Source: Candidatus Omnitrophota bacterium (GTDB lineage: Bacteria; Omnitrophota; Omnitrophia; Omnitrophales; JACROU01). Taken from it: a stretch of 64,000 nt of DNA. Every line of letters starts with the position of its first letter. Position 1 is the stretch's first letter. The position numbers were made by a program, and so were the translations under genes. Shown here piece by piece: positions 18,483 to 26,898 of this stretch. The stretch is taken from NCBI GenBank assembly GCA_029261035.1, contig JAJDCD010000023.1, forward strand, positions 557,126-621,125. The letters run 5' to 3'. The notes below the pieces were generated by a model that ran no database searches, was not told the origin of the DNA, and saw nothing but the letters and a program-made list of their open reading frames with translations.

Positions 18483-18884
18483 ATGTTGATTTTATGGACT
18501 AAAAAAACAGGCATTTTTTTATTGATTGCTACGGTCTTGCTGAACTCGATGGGGACAGTTGTGGCTGAAGAAGTACGTGTAAAGGAAGAAGTCAGCTGTT
18601 GCTGTTTGTCGGAGCAGGATTGTTCTGTTTTATTCGATAACGCGTGTCACTTAGAAAGTTCCAAAGTTGCTTTTGATTTAGACGCTCCTATTCCTTTTTT
18701 AGAACCTCTGTCATGCTCTTCTTTAGAAGAAAGTGTCTTCTTCGAATTAATGAAAAATTCTTATATTCCTCAGCCTGTGTTTATGCTTACTTCTTTAAAT
18801 GTAGAACAGCAAGTTTTGTTTGTTGGTTTTACTCATCTTGAAACAACTCCTCAGGTTTCTTTTAGACCTCCTCAAATGATTTAG
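18483..18884 (+). CDS. second DUF2946-like exported leader protein with C-terminal FRPP motif
   Basis: N-terminal signal/TM; SCCC, C and CH motifs; ends PQVSFRPPQMI. Confidence 0.65.
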   Translation: MLILWTKKTGIFLLIATVLLNSMGTVVAEEVRVKEEVSCCCLSEQDCSVLFDNACHLESSKVAFDLDAPIPFLEPLSCSSLEESVFFELMKNSYIPQPVFMLTSLNVEQQVLFVGFTHLETTPQVSFRPPQMI

Positions 18885-18937
18885 TTTTCTACTTCAGTTA
18901 AAATTTTTTCATTTTATTTTAATCTATTTGAGAGGTG
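18866..18937 (+). promoter_or_regulatory. SD-sequestering hairpin between RPP codons and the OM protein gene
   Basis: ACCTCCTCAAATGATT (18866-18881) is complementary to AATCTATTTGAGAGGT (18921-18936) with two single bulges and covers the GAGGTG SD. Confidence 0.7.
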
Positions 18938-18941
18938 TATT

Positions 18942-20009
18942 ATGTTGTTACGTAAATTATCAGCATGCATTCTATTGCTGTTTTTTGTTATATCAATTCC
19001 TCGATGGAGTTGGTCCGCTGAACCTGTTGTCAACAAATTGATGGCAGATAATATTGTTGAAGCTGCAGGGCTTCAACGTCCTGATGATCATGCTCCTATT
19101 GGCGTTATGCAAGAGCACACGCATAAAAAGAAGGAGCTTATGGCTTCTTATCGTTTTATGTTTATGAATATGGACGGAAGTCGTATTGGTCATAAGCAAG
19201 TAGGGGATGGTCGTGTTTTAAGAGACTTTCCTGTAACCCCAACCGAGATGGAAATGATGATGCATATGATTGGTTTGATGTATGCGCCTAGTGATAATGT
19301 TACTTTTATGGCGATGCTTCCAATCATTCGTAAAGATATGAATCACTTAACACGAGCGGGAGTTAAATTCAGAACCCATTCCGAAGGTGTTGGTGATTTA
19401 AAACTTTCTGCGTTGGTGCCTATTTATAAAAAATCTACAGAGAAAACTTTTCATAAGGTTCACTTAAATGCAGGGATGAGTTTTCCTATCGGAGAAATTA
19501 ATGAGACGCATGATACCCCAATAGGAAAAGGAATTCGTCTTCCGTATCCTATGCAATTGGGATCTGGAACCTGGGATATTTTACCAGGCATTACTTATAC
19601 GGGTTCTACGAATAATTGGTCCTGGGGTGCTCAGGGGTTAGTCACAATTCATCCAGGGAGGAATCGTATTGGTTATGCCTTGGGGAATCAATACGATGTT
19701 AATGTTTGGGGCGCTAGAAAAATTTTTGATTGGATGAGCGCCTCCCTTCGCTTTCATTATTCCATTTGGCAGAATATTGATGGAAGAGACTCTTCTTTGG
19801 TTCCCGCAATGGTTCCCTTAGCAGATCCTAATAGTCGAGGAGGAAAACGCTTGGATTTGGAAGCAGGGTTTAATTTTGTTATTCCTACAAAAGTTTTCAA
19901 AAACCATCGGCTGGCTTTTGAATGGGGAGTCCCAATTATGCAGTCTTTGGATGGTCCTCAGCTCGAAACAGAGTATTGGTTTACTGTGGGTTGGCAGAAG
20001 GTGTTTTAG
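18942..20009 (+). CDS. His/Met-rich outer-membrane beta-barrel transporter (phenol_MetA_deg-like fold)
   Basis: Signal peptide; HAPIGVMQEHTH, MEMMMHM, LPYPMQLGSGT; C-terminal WQKVF. Confidence 0.7.
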   Translation: MLLRKLSACILLLFFVISIPRWSWSAEPVVNKLMADNIVEAAGLQRPDDHAPIGVMQEHTHKKKELMASYRFMFMNMDGSRIGHKQVGDGRVLRDFPVTPTEMEMMMHMIGLMYAPSDNVTFMAMLPIIRKDMNHLTRAGVKFRTHSEGVGDLKLSALVPIYKKSTEKTFHKVHLNAGMSFPIGEINETHDTPIGKGIRLPYPMQLGSGTWDILPGITYTGSTNNWSWGAQGLVTIHPGRNRIGYALGNQYDVNVWGARKIFDWMSASLRFHYSIWQNIDGRDSSLVPAMVPLADPNSRGGKRLDLEAGFNFVIPTKVFKNHRLAFEWGVPIMQSLDGPQLETEYWFTVGWQKVF

Positions 20010-20042
20010 AATGAAGTAGAGGTAAGTTGTTGGTTTGTTAGA

Positions 20043-20070
20043 TAGGGCCGAGCCTCGGTGCTTGGCCCTA
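20043..20070. terminator. hairpin after OM transporter gene
   Basis: TAGGGCCGAGC...GCTTGGCCCTA stem; no clear U-tail. Confidence 0.45.
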
Positions 20071-20157
20071 AACATATTAAATTAGTAGGTCAATGAGCGT
20101 TTAATTCTTGTCTCGTGCTTCACTTACGAATAGTTTCTATGTTATAATCCTTCCACT

Positions 20158-21855
20158 ATGAATGACGAAAATATCAAACTATCACCTTTAGAAGAACTTA
20201 AAGATAAGAGTAATTACCTGCGAGGACGTTTTAAAGAGCTCTTGGCAGACGACTCTACCCATATGCCTAAAGAGGAAATACAACTCTTAAAGTTTCATGG
20301 CTCTTATCAACAAGACGACCGGGATTTAAGGTCTCAGCTCATCAAAGAGAAAAAAGAAAAAGCTTTTTCTTTTATGATTCGCACCCGACATGCCGCGGGG
20401 CTTGTGACTCCTGAACAATACCTTGCTTTCGATAATCTTTCTAACAATGTGGGTAATAAGACAATGAGAATGACAACCCGTCAAACATTTCAGTTTCATG
20501 GGGTGTTGAAGAAAGATCTTAAAACTTTAATTCGTACGGTAAATGAGTCTTTATCTACAACTTCTGGGACTTGCGGAGATATTGTGCGCAATGTTACAGG
20601 GGATCCTGCTCCTTTTGAAAGTCGAAAAAAAATAAAGTTACAAGAATACTGCCAAGCTTTGTCTGATCAGTTTCTTTCTCAGAGCGGCGCTTATTATGAT
20701 GTTTGGTTGGAAGGTTCTAAAGTAGAGGCTCCGGAAATTTTAAAAGAAGGGCCGGAACCCATTTATGGAAAAACCTACTTGCCTCGTAAGTTTAAAATAG
20801 CGATGGTGTACCCCGATGTAAACTCTGTTGATGTTCTTACCAATGATATTGGGATTGCTGCTGAAGTAGATGCGGATGAGAATTTGTCTGGTTTCAACAT
20901 TTTTGTTGGAGGTGGTTTTGGGATGAGCTTAACCAATCCTGATACATATCCACGACTTGCAACTCCTTTGTGTTTTGTTAAGCCAGATGAACTATTAGAC
21001 GTAACGAAGGCGATTGTTTTAGTTCAAAAAGAGAATGGAAATCGTTCTGATAGAAAACAGGCACGCTTGAAGTACCTTATTGATAAAAAAGGAATGGATT
21101 GGTTTCGCCAAGAAACAGAGAAAAAGTTTGGCAAAAAACTAGAGTCTGCGCATGAAGTAACTTTTAAAGATGTTGATTTGTATTTAGGGTGGCACGAAGA
21201 AGGGGATGGAAAGTGGTTTTTTGGTTTATCCGTTGAAAATGGACGGGTTAAAGATGAGGGAGATTTTCGTTTAAAGACTGCTCTCCGCACCGTGGTTGAA
21301 AAATATAAACCCACTCTTTTTCTAACAGCACAGCAAGATGTTCTTTTGTCTGGTTTTACGGAAGATCAGAAAAAAGACGTTGAAGAGATTTTTACATCTC
21401 ATGGAATTCTTCTTCCAGAACAGATCTCAAATGTTCGTAAAGACTCTATGGCATGTCCTGCATTTCCAACTTGTGGTTTGGCTTTTTCTGAGTCGGAAAG
21501 AGTGCTTCCTGATTTGACTACAGAGTTGGCCGGAAAACTTAAAGAATTAGGTTTAGATCAAAATAGAATTATGATTCGTATGACGGGTTGCCCTAACGGG
21601 TGTGCGCGTCCTTATAATTCAGAGATAGCTTTTGTAGGGCGGACCCCGGGGACATACACCTTTTATATTGGAGGTAGTCTGAGGGGAGATCGTTTAAATT
21701 TTGTTTTAAAAGATAAGGTTCCTTATGCCGAGCTGATTCCAACATTACTTCCTATTCTTTCTTCGTATAAAGAGAATAAATCTGAAGATGAAAGTTTTGG
21801 AGATTACTGTGCCCGCATGGGTAAGGATAGTTTACTTTCTCTCGTTGAAAAGTAA
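20158..21855 (+). CDS. cysI: assimilatory sulfite reductase hemoprotein (siroheme, 4Fe-4S)
   Basis: LKFHGSYQQDDRD, TTRQTFQFHG, YLPRKFK, CPAFPTCGLA, MTGCPNGCARP. Confidence 0.9.
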   Translation: MNDENIKLSPLEELKDKSNYLRGRFKELLADDSTHMPKEEIQLLKFHGSYQQDDRDLRSQLIKEKKEKAFSFMIRTRHAAGLVTPEQYLAFDNLSNNVGNKTMRMTTRQTFQFHGVLKKDLKTLIRTVNESLSTTSGTCGDIVRNVTGDPAPFESRKKIKLQEYCQALSDQFLSQSGAYYDVWLEGSKVEAPEILKEGPEPIYGKTYLPRKFKIAMVYPDVNSVDVLTNDIGIAAEVDADENLSGFNIFVGGGFGMSLTNPDTYPRLATPLCFVKPDELLDVTKAIVLVQKENGNRSDRKQARLKYLIDKKGMDWFRQETEKKFGKKLESAHEVTFKDVDLYLGWHEEGDGKWFFGLSVENGRVKDEGDFRLKTALRTVVEKYKPTLFLTAQQDVLLSGFTEDQKKDVEEIFTSHGILLPEQISNVRKDSMACPAFPTCGLAFSESERVLPDLTTELAGKLKELGLDQNRIMIRMTGCPNGCARPYNSEIAFVGRTPGTYTFYIGGSLRGDRLNFVLKDKVPYAELIPTLLPILSSYKENKSEDESFGDYCARMGKDSLLSLVEK

Positions 21856-21993
21856 GAAATTTTAAATTTTAAAGTAAAAGTTTAAAATCATAATTAAAAA
21901 GCTGAAATTTTTAAAACCCCTTTGTTAATACAATTCTAAAAAACTTTCTATTTTAAATTATGGTTTTGACTTTAAACTTTTCAATTTTTACTT
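21850..21993. repeat. heptamer-based inverted repeat element, copy 2
   Basis: Same arm sequence (AAAGTNA units + CATAATTAAAAA) as 14148-14308; left arm overlaps the cysI stop codon. Confidence 0.7.
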
Positions 21994-22004
21994 ATTGAGG
22001 TTTT

Positions 22005-23801
22005 ATGCTTGAACATATAGCTATTGCTTTGACGACTATTATTTCTTTAGGGATGATTGCGCAGTGGATCGCCTGGCGTTTTCAAATTCCATCTATTTTA
22101 TTGCTTCTCTTAGCTGGGTTTTTAATTGGACCTGTCTTGGGGTTTCTGCAACCGGATGAGCTTTTCAAATCCCTTCTTTTTCCATTCATATCTTTTTCTG
22201 TAGCAATTATTCTGTTTGAAGGTGGATTAGAACTTAACTTTAAAGATCTGACCAAAGTAGGCGGGGTGGTTAGAAATCTCGTGACCTTGGGTTCTTTGGT
22301 GACTTGGGTTCTTTCAGCTTTAGCTTTGTATTTTATAGTGAAGTTAGAGTTTTCATTATCGGTTCTTTTAGGAGCGATTCTGATTGTGACGGGCCCAACA
22401 GTCATTGGCCCATTGTTAAAACATATGCACTTAAAACGAAGTGTAGGCTCTGTTTTAAAATGGGAAGGAATCGTTATTGATCCTATAGGGGCTATGTTGG
22501 CAGTATTAGTTTTTGGGGCGATCCTCTCTGGAGGTTTTCAAGAGGCTTTGGCAGGCACTGCCTTAGGATTGCTTAGAACTGTTTTTATTGGAGGTGTAGT
22601 GGGTATGTTGGGAGCGGGAGTTATGATTTATCTCCTGAAACATTATTGGCTTCCTGATTTTTTACAAAGCCCTGTTTCTTTAATGATGGTGCTTCTTGTT
22701 ACAACAATTTCTAATTCTTTTCAGGCGGAGGCTGGATTGCTATCAGCAACTTTAATGGGGGTTTGCTTAGCGAATCAAAAATCAGTTAATGTTAAGCGAA
22801 TTGTAGAGTTTAAAGAAAGTTTAAGAATTCTTTTGATTTCAGGTCTATTTATTATTTTATCAGCACGAATGGAACTGGAACAGTTAATGATGATGGACTG
22901 GAACACAGTTATTTTTATTGCTTTGCTTATTTTTGTTATTAGACCGTTGTCTGTTTTTGTTTCGACTTTAGGCTCCGAATTACACTGGAAAGAAAAATTA
23001 CTGTTGAGTTTTATGGCGCCAAGAGGAATTGTAGCTGCTGCTGTAGCTGCTGTATTTGCTTTTGAGCTTATTGAGCATGGTTTTTCCTCAGCTTTTCAGC
23101 TGGTTTCCATCACCTTTATCGTGATTGTCAGTACCGTTTTTATTTATAGTATTATTTCTCCGAAGCTGGCTATTTGGTTAGGTTTGTCAACACCAAACCC
23201 TCAAGGAGTTTTAATGTTAGGAGCACATCGCTGGGCCAGGAGTCTTGCATTAGCAATTAAGAAAGCAGGTATCGATGTTTTGCTTATAGATACGAACTAT
23301 GCAAATGTTTCTTCTGCACGTATTGCAGGCTTGTATGCTGTGGATAAGGATGCTTTAAGTCAGCACTCAGGAGATGAATTAGACTTTGAAGGGTTGGGTC
23401 GGATGATTGCTTTAACTCCCAATGACGAAGTCAATTCTTTAGCAGCAGTTCGATATCATAATGAATTTGGAACTTCTGAAGTATATCAATTGAGTCCAAA
23501 AAAGGAGAGTGAATCTCAGCAAGAAGAGAAAGAAAAAAAAGCGCATTATCGCGGCCGTTATTTGTTTGGTAAGAAATCAACCTATACGCAATTAGAAAAG
23601 TGGTTTGATGAGGGTGCTGAAATCAAACTAAAACAAGCAGAGAAAGATTTTAATTTAGAAGAATTCTTAAAAAAGAATCAAGAAAGCATTGTTCCTTTGT
23701 TTATTGTAACCCCTTCAAAAGAACTTTTTATTTTTGCAACGGATAAGCTTTTGTCTATTAAAGCTGAACAAACTCTTATTTATTTGGAATTAAAGAATTA
23801 A
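22005..23801 (+). CDS. CPA1/NhaP-type cation:proton antiporter with C-terminal TrkA-N-like domain
   Basis: ILFEGGL, VTGPTVI, EGIVIDPIGA, APRGIVAAA. Confidence 0.88.
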   Translation: MLEHIAIALTTIISLGMIAQWIAWRFQIPSILLLLLAGFLIGPVLGFLQPDELFKSLLFPFISFSVAIILFEGGLELNFKDLTKVGGVVRNLVTLGSLVTWVLSALALYFIVKLEFSLSVLLGAILIVTGPTVIGPLLKHMHLKRSVGSVLKWEGIVIDPIGAMLAVLVFGAILSGGFQEALAGTALGLLRTVFIGGVVGMLGAGVMIYLLKHYWLPDFLQSPVSLMMVLLVTTISNSFQAEAGLLSATLMGVCLANQKSVNVKRIVEFKESLRILLISGLFIILSARMELEQLMMMDWNTVIFIALLIFVIRPLSVFVSTLGSELHWKEKLLLSFMAPRGIVAAAVAAVFAFELIEHGFSSAFQLVSITFIVIVSTVFIYSIISPKLAIWLGLSTPNPQGVLMLGAHRWARSLALAIKKAGIDVLLIDTNYANVSSARIAGLYAVDKDALSQHSGDELDFEGLGRMIALTPNDEVNSLAAVRYHNEFGTSEVYQLSPKKESESQQEEKEKKAHYRGRYLFGKKSTYTQLEKWFDEGAEIKLKQAEKDFNLEEFLKKNQESIVPLFIVTPSKELFIFATDKLLSIKAEQTLIYLELKN

Positions 23802-25312
23802 TGCAGACACAGTCTAAAGATCTGCCTTTAATTAAAGTTATAGGAAATTCACAAAAATTTTGGACGCTTCTTTTTTTTAGCGCCTTTCTTTTGGTGGGGA
23901 TCTTAACTTACAGAGATTATGGTATTTCTTGGGATGAAGAGATGCAAAGAAATACAGGTATGGTCACATCTCAATATGTGTTGGGTGAAAACACTGATTT
24001 GCTTACTTACATTGACCGATACTATGGGACTGCTTTTGAGCTTGTTCTGATTTTTGCTGAAAAGGCATTTGATTTAGAAGACACTCATGATATTTTTTTA
24101 TTGAGGCATTTGCTTACTTTTTTGTTGTTTGCTTTGGGAGTTTTCTTTTTCTTTTTGATCTGCAAGCAACATTTTGGAAGTTGGCGTTGGGGATTACTTG
24201 GGGCTGCTTTTCTTGTTTTAAGCCCTCGAATCTTTGCCCACGCTTTTTATAACTCTAAAGACCTCGCTTTCCTCTCTGTATTTATTATTGCTATCTATTC
24301 TCTGATTCTTTTTTTACAGCATCCTCACTGGAAAACATTAATTTTCCATGCCTTGACTACAGCTTTTCTGATTGATATTCGAATATTGGGAGTTCTAATA
24401 CCAGCCTTAACAGTTTGCTTTTATTGGAATAAAAGAGGAATAAAAGATTGGGCGTATTTGATTGGGTATGGAGGGTTTGCCTTATTTGCGACAGTGCTTT
24501 TTTGGCCCCTATTATGGAATTCGCCCATTCAAGAATTTATAGCTGCTTTTAATAAGATGAGTCATTACCCTTGGGACGGTGTTGTTCTTTATGGAGGGCA
24601 ATTTATTAAAGCTCTAGATTTACCGTGGCACTATTTGCCTGTATGGATGTTGATTACGACCCCATTAGTTTGCATTGGGTTTTTTATTTTAGGTCTTCTT
24701 CTATGTTTTTATGCAAAGAAAAAACAAGAGGTTCTGATTTTTACAGCGTGGTTTTTCTTGCCGGTAATGGCGGTTCTGATTTTACAATCCGTAGTCTACG
24801 ATGGATGGCGACAACTCTTTTTTGTTTATCCTGCTATGGTGTTAATTGCGTTAATTGCTATTTCTGTTCTGTGGGATAAGGTTAAAGAGGGCAGGTTTTT
24901 GCGCTATGCTTTTATTGGTATTGTTGCCCTGGGTTTATTAGAGCCTTTTGGATTTATGGTTTTTAATCATCCTCATCAAAACGTTTATTTTAATGCTTTC
25001 TCAGGAAATGATTTACGGAATCGTTTTGAGTTGGATTACTGGGGCCTTTCATTTAAGCAAGGACTTGAAAAGATTTTAGAAAAAGATTCTTCAAAAGTTA
25101 TTCCTATATATGTAGAACATTGGCCTGGTATTTCAAATGTAAGTTTTCTTCCGAAAGAGGATAGAAGCCGGTTTGAACTTGTAGAAGATGAGGCGGATGC
25201 TAAATATTTTTTAACTAATTATCGTTGGCATTCAAAAGATTATGATTACGAGAAATGGGATTCAATAAAAGTAAAAAGCACAGAAATCCTGGGTATTTAT
25301 AAACCAACCTAA
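23801..25312 (+). CDS. GT-C fold membrane glycosyltransferase (GT39/ArnT-like)
   Basis: GISWDE motif after TM1; NSKD; many TMs; ELDYWG periplasmic tail. Confidence 0.75.
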   Translation: MQTQSKDLPLIKVIGNSQKFWTLLFFSAFLLVGILTYRDYGISWDEEMQRNTGMVTSQYVLGENTDLLTYIDRYYGTAFELVLIFAEKAFDLEDTHDIFLLRHLLTFLLFALGVFFFFLICKQHFGSWRWGLLGAAFLVLSPRIFAHAFYNSKDLAFLSVFIIAIYSLILFLQHPHWKTLIFHALTTAFLIDIRILGVLIPALTVCFYWNKRGIKDWAYLIGYGGFALFATVLFWPLLWNSPIQEFIAAFNKMSHYPWDGVVLYGGQFIKALDLPWHYLPVWMLITTPLVCIGFFILGLLLCFYAKKKQEVLIFTAWFFLPVMAVLILQSVVYDGWRQLFFVYPAMVLIALIAISVLWDKVKEGRFLRYAFIGIVALGLLEPFGFMVFNHPHQNVYFNAFSGNDLRNRFELDYWGLSFKQGLEKILEKDSSKVIPIYVEHWPGISNVSFLPKEDRSRFELVEDEADAKYFLTNYRWHSKDYDYEKWDSIKVKSTEILGIYKPT

Positions 25313-25325
25313 AAATAAACCAGCC

Positions 25326-25859
25326 TTAACTTGATTTTCTATGAGAAAGATATCCTAGAACATCTTTGATAGAAATAATACTTATTGGAGCGCCATCACT
25401 GGCTAATACGGGAAGATGTCGAAATCGACCGGTTGCCATTTTGTTTACAGCAAATGCAATAGGCGCATTGGGTCTAACATATTCTGGATTTGGAGTCATC
25501 ACATCTTGAGCAGTGATGTTTTTTGGATCAATGCTGTTGTTTCTGCAGGCAATTTTTTTTAAAAAATCTCGATTACTAATAATGCCCACAAGCTTATGTT
25601 CGTGATAAACAAGAACACAGCTTTTCTTTTTTTCTTGAATAATAGCTAAGATTTTATCCACAGTGTCTGTTGTATCACAAACAAGAAGGTCTTTTCCTGT
25701 AATGATATTAGAAACAGGGTCTGTCATCATAACACTTTGATACTGGTCGTCTTTTTTTGGGCTTGGAAGATCTCGCTGCATCAATGTGTAAAAACAACAT
25801 TCGCAACGATCAACACCTTCTATATTATTAAACCCGCAGGATGGACAGGTAATATCCAT
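25326..25859 (-). CDS. zinc-ribbon + CBS-pair protein
   Basis: CPSC...CECC N-terminus; CBS motifs VGIISNRD and FRHLPV; GGAGG SD before ATG 25859. Confidence 0.85.
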   Translation of the reverse strand: MDITCPSCGFNNIEGVDRCECCFYTLMQRDLPSPKKDDQYQSVMMTDPVSNIITGKDLLVCDTTDTVDKILAIIQEKKKSCVLVYHEHKLVGIISNRDFLKKIACRNNSIDPKNITAQDVMTPNPEYVRPNAPIAFAVNKMATGRFRHLPVLASDGAPISIISIKDVLGYLSHRKSS

Positions 25860-25860
25860 A

Positions 25861-26898
25861 TTATTTAACCTCCCAGGTATCTTTGCCATAAATTAAATCC
25901 TTTAAATCACCAACACCTTTTTTCTTAATAGCACCTTGTACTTGTTCGTTTAACATTTCGTCGTAAGTGGGTTTGTCTATATCTCTAAAAACACCAAAGG
26001 GAACAGGCATTTCTGGATATTCCATTTGAGTCAAAAAATAAGCGTAGTTGGGTTCTGTATCTTTTTCATTATGAATGAGCAGTTCTGATGAATCCACTTC
26101 ATTGATATTGACAATTTCCGGATGGAGACCTTTGAGTCGTATTGCTTTTTCTTTCTCTTTACCAAATATAAGAGGTTTGTCATGCTCCAGATAAAGCATT
26201 CTCTCATCTCGCGTCTCTCTTCCTGTAACTGGACCAAAAGTTTTGTCATTAAAAATAATACAGTTTTGATAAATCTCTACAAAAGAGACCCCTTTGTGAT
26301 TCATTGCTTTCTCTAAAATGGTACTCATGTGACTGGGCGCTGTATCTAAAGTGCGTGCAATGAATGTTGCTTCTGAAGCAATAGCAACACATAAAGCGTT
26401 AATGGGGTAATCGATGGAACCTTCAGGAGATGTTTTGGTTACTTTGCCTGGTTGAGAGGTTGGGGAATATTGTCCTTTAGTTAAGCCGTATATTTGATTG
26501 TTTACAAGAAGAATGTTTAAATTCATATTTCTTCTCATACAGTGAATTAAATGATTTCCTCCAATACTCAAACCATCTCCATCTCCGGTTATGACCCAAA
26601 TATTTAAATCTGGATTAATACAGCGAAGACCACTTGCAATTGTTGGAGCTCTACCGTGAATGGTATGAAATCCGTATGTGTTCATATAATAAGGAAAGCG
26701 GCTAGAACAACCAATGCCAGAAATGAAAACATGATTTTCTTTAGGGATAGGAAATTTAGCCAAAGTTCGTTGTGTTGTAGAAAGAATCGCATAGTCTCCG
26801 CAGCCAGGGCACCAACGCACTTGCTGGTCCGAGACGAAATCTTCTTTGCTATAAGAAATGACGGGCTGTTTTGTTGTTTCTTTTTTTATTGTACTCAT
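25861..26898 (-). CDS. korB: 2-oxoacid:ferredoxin oxidoreductase beta subunit
   Basis: WCPGCGD, GIGCSSR, HGRA, GDGDG TPP motif, YGLTKGQ. Confidence 0.93.
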   Translation of the reverse strand: MSTIKKETTKQPVISYSKEDFVSDQQVRWCPGCGDYAILSTTQRTLAKFPIPKENHVFISGIGCSSRFPYYMNTYGFHTIHGRAPTIASGLRCINPDLNIWVITGDGDGLSIGGNHLIHCMRRNMNLNILLVNNQIYGLTKGQYSPTSQPGKVTKTSPEGSIDYPINALCVAIASEATFIARTLDTAPSHMSTILEKAMNHKGVSFVEIYQNCIIFNDKTFGPVTGRETRDERMLYLEHDKPLIFGKEKEKAIRLKGLHPEIVNINEVDSSELLIHNEKDTEPNYAYFLTQMEYPEMPVPFGVFRDIDKPTYDEMLNEQVQGAIKKKGVGDLKDLIYGKDTWEVK

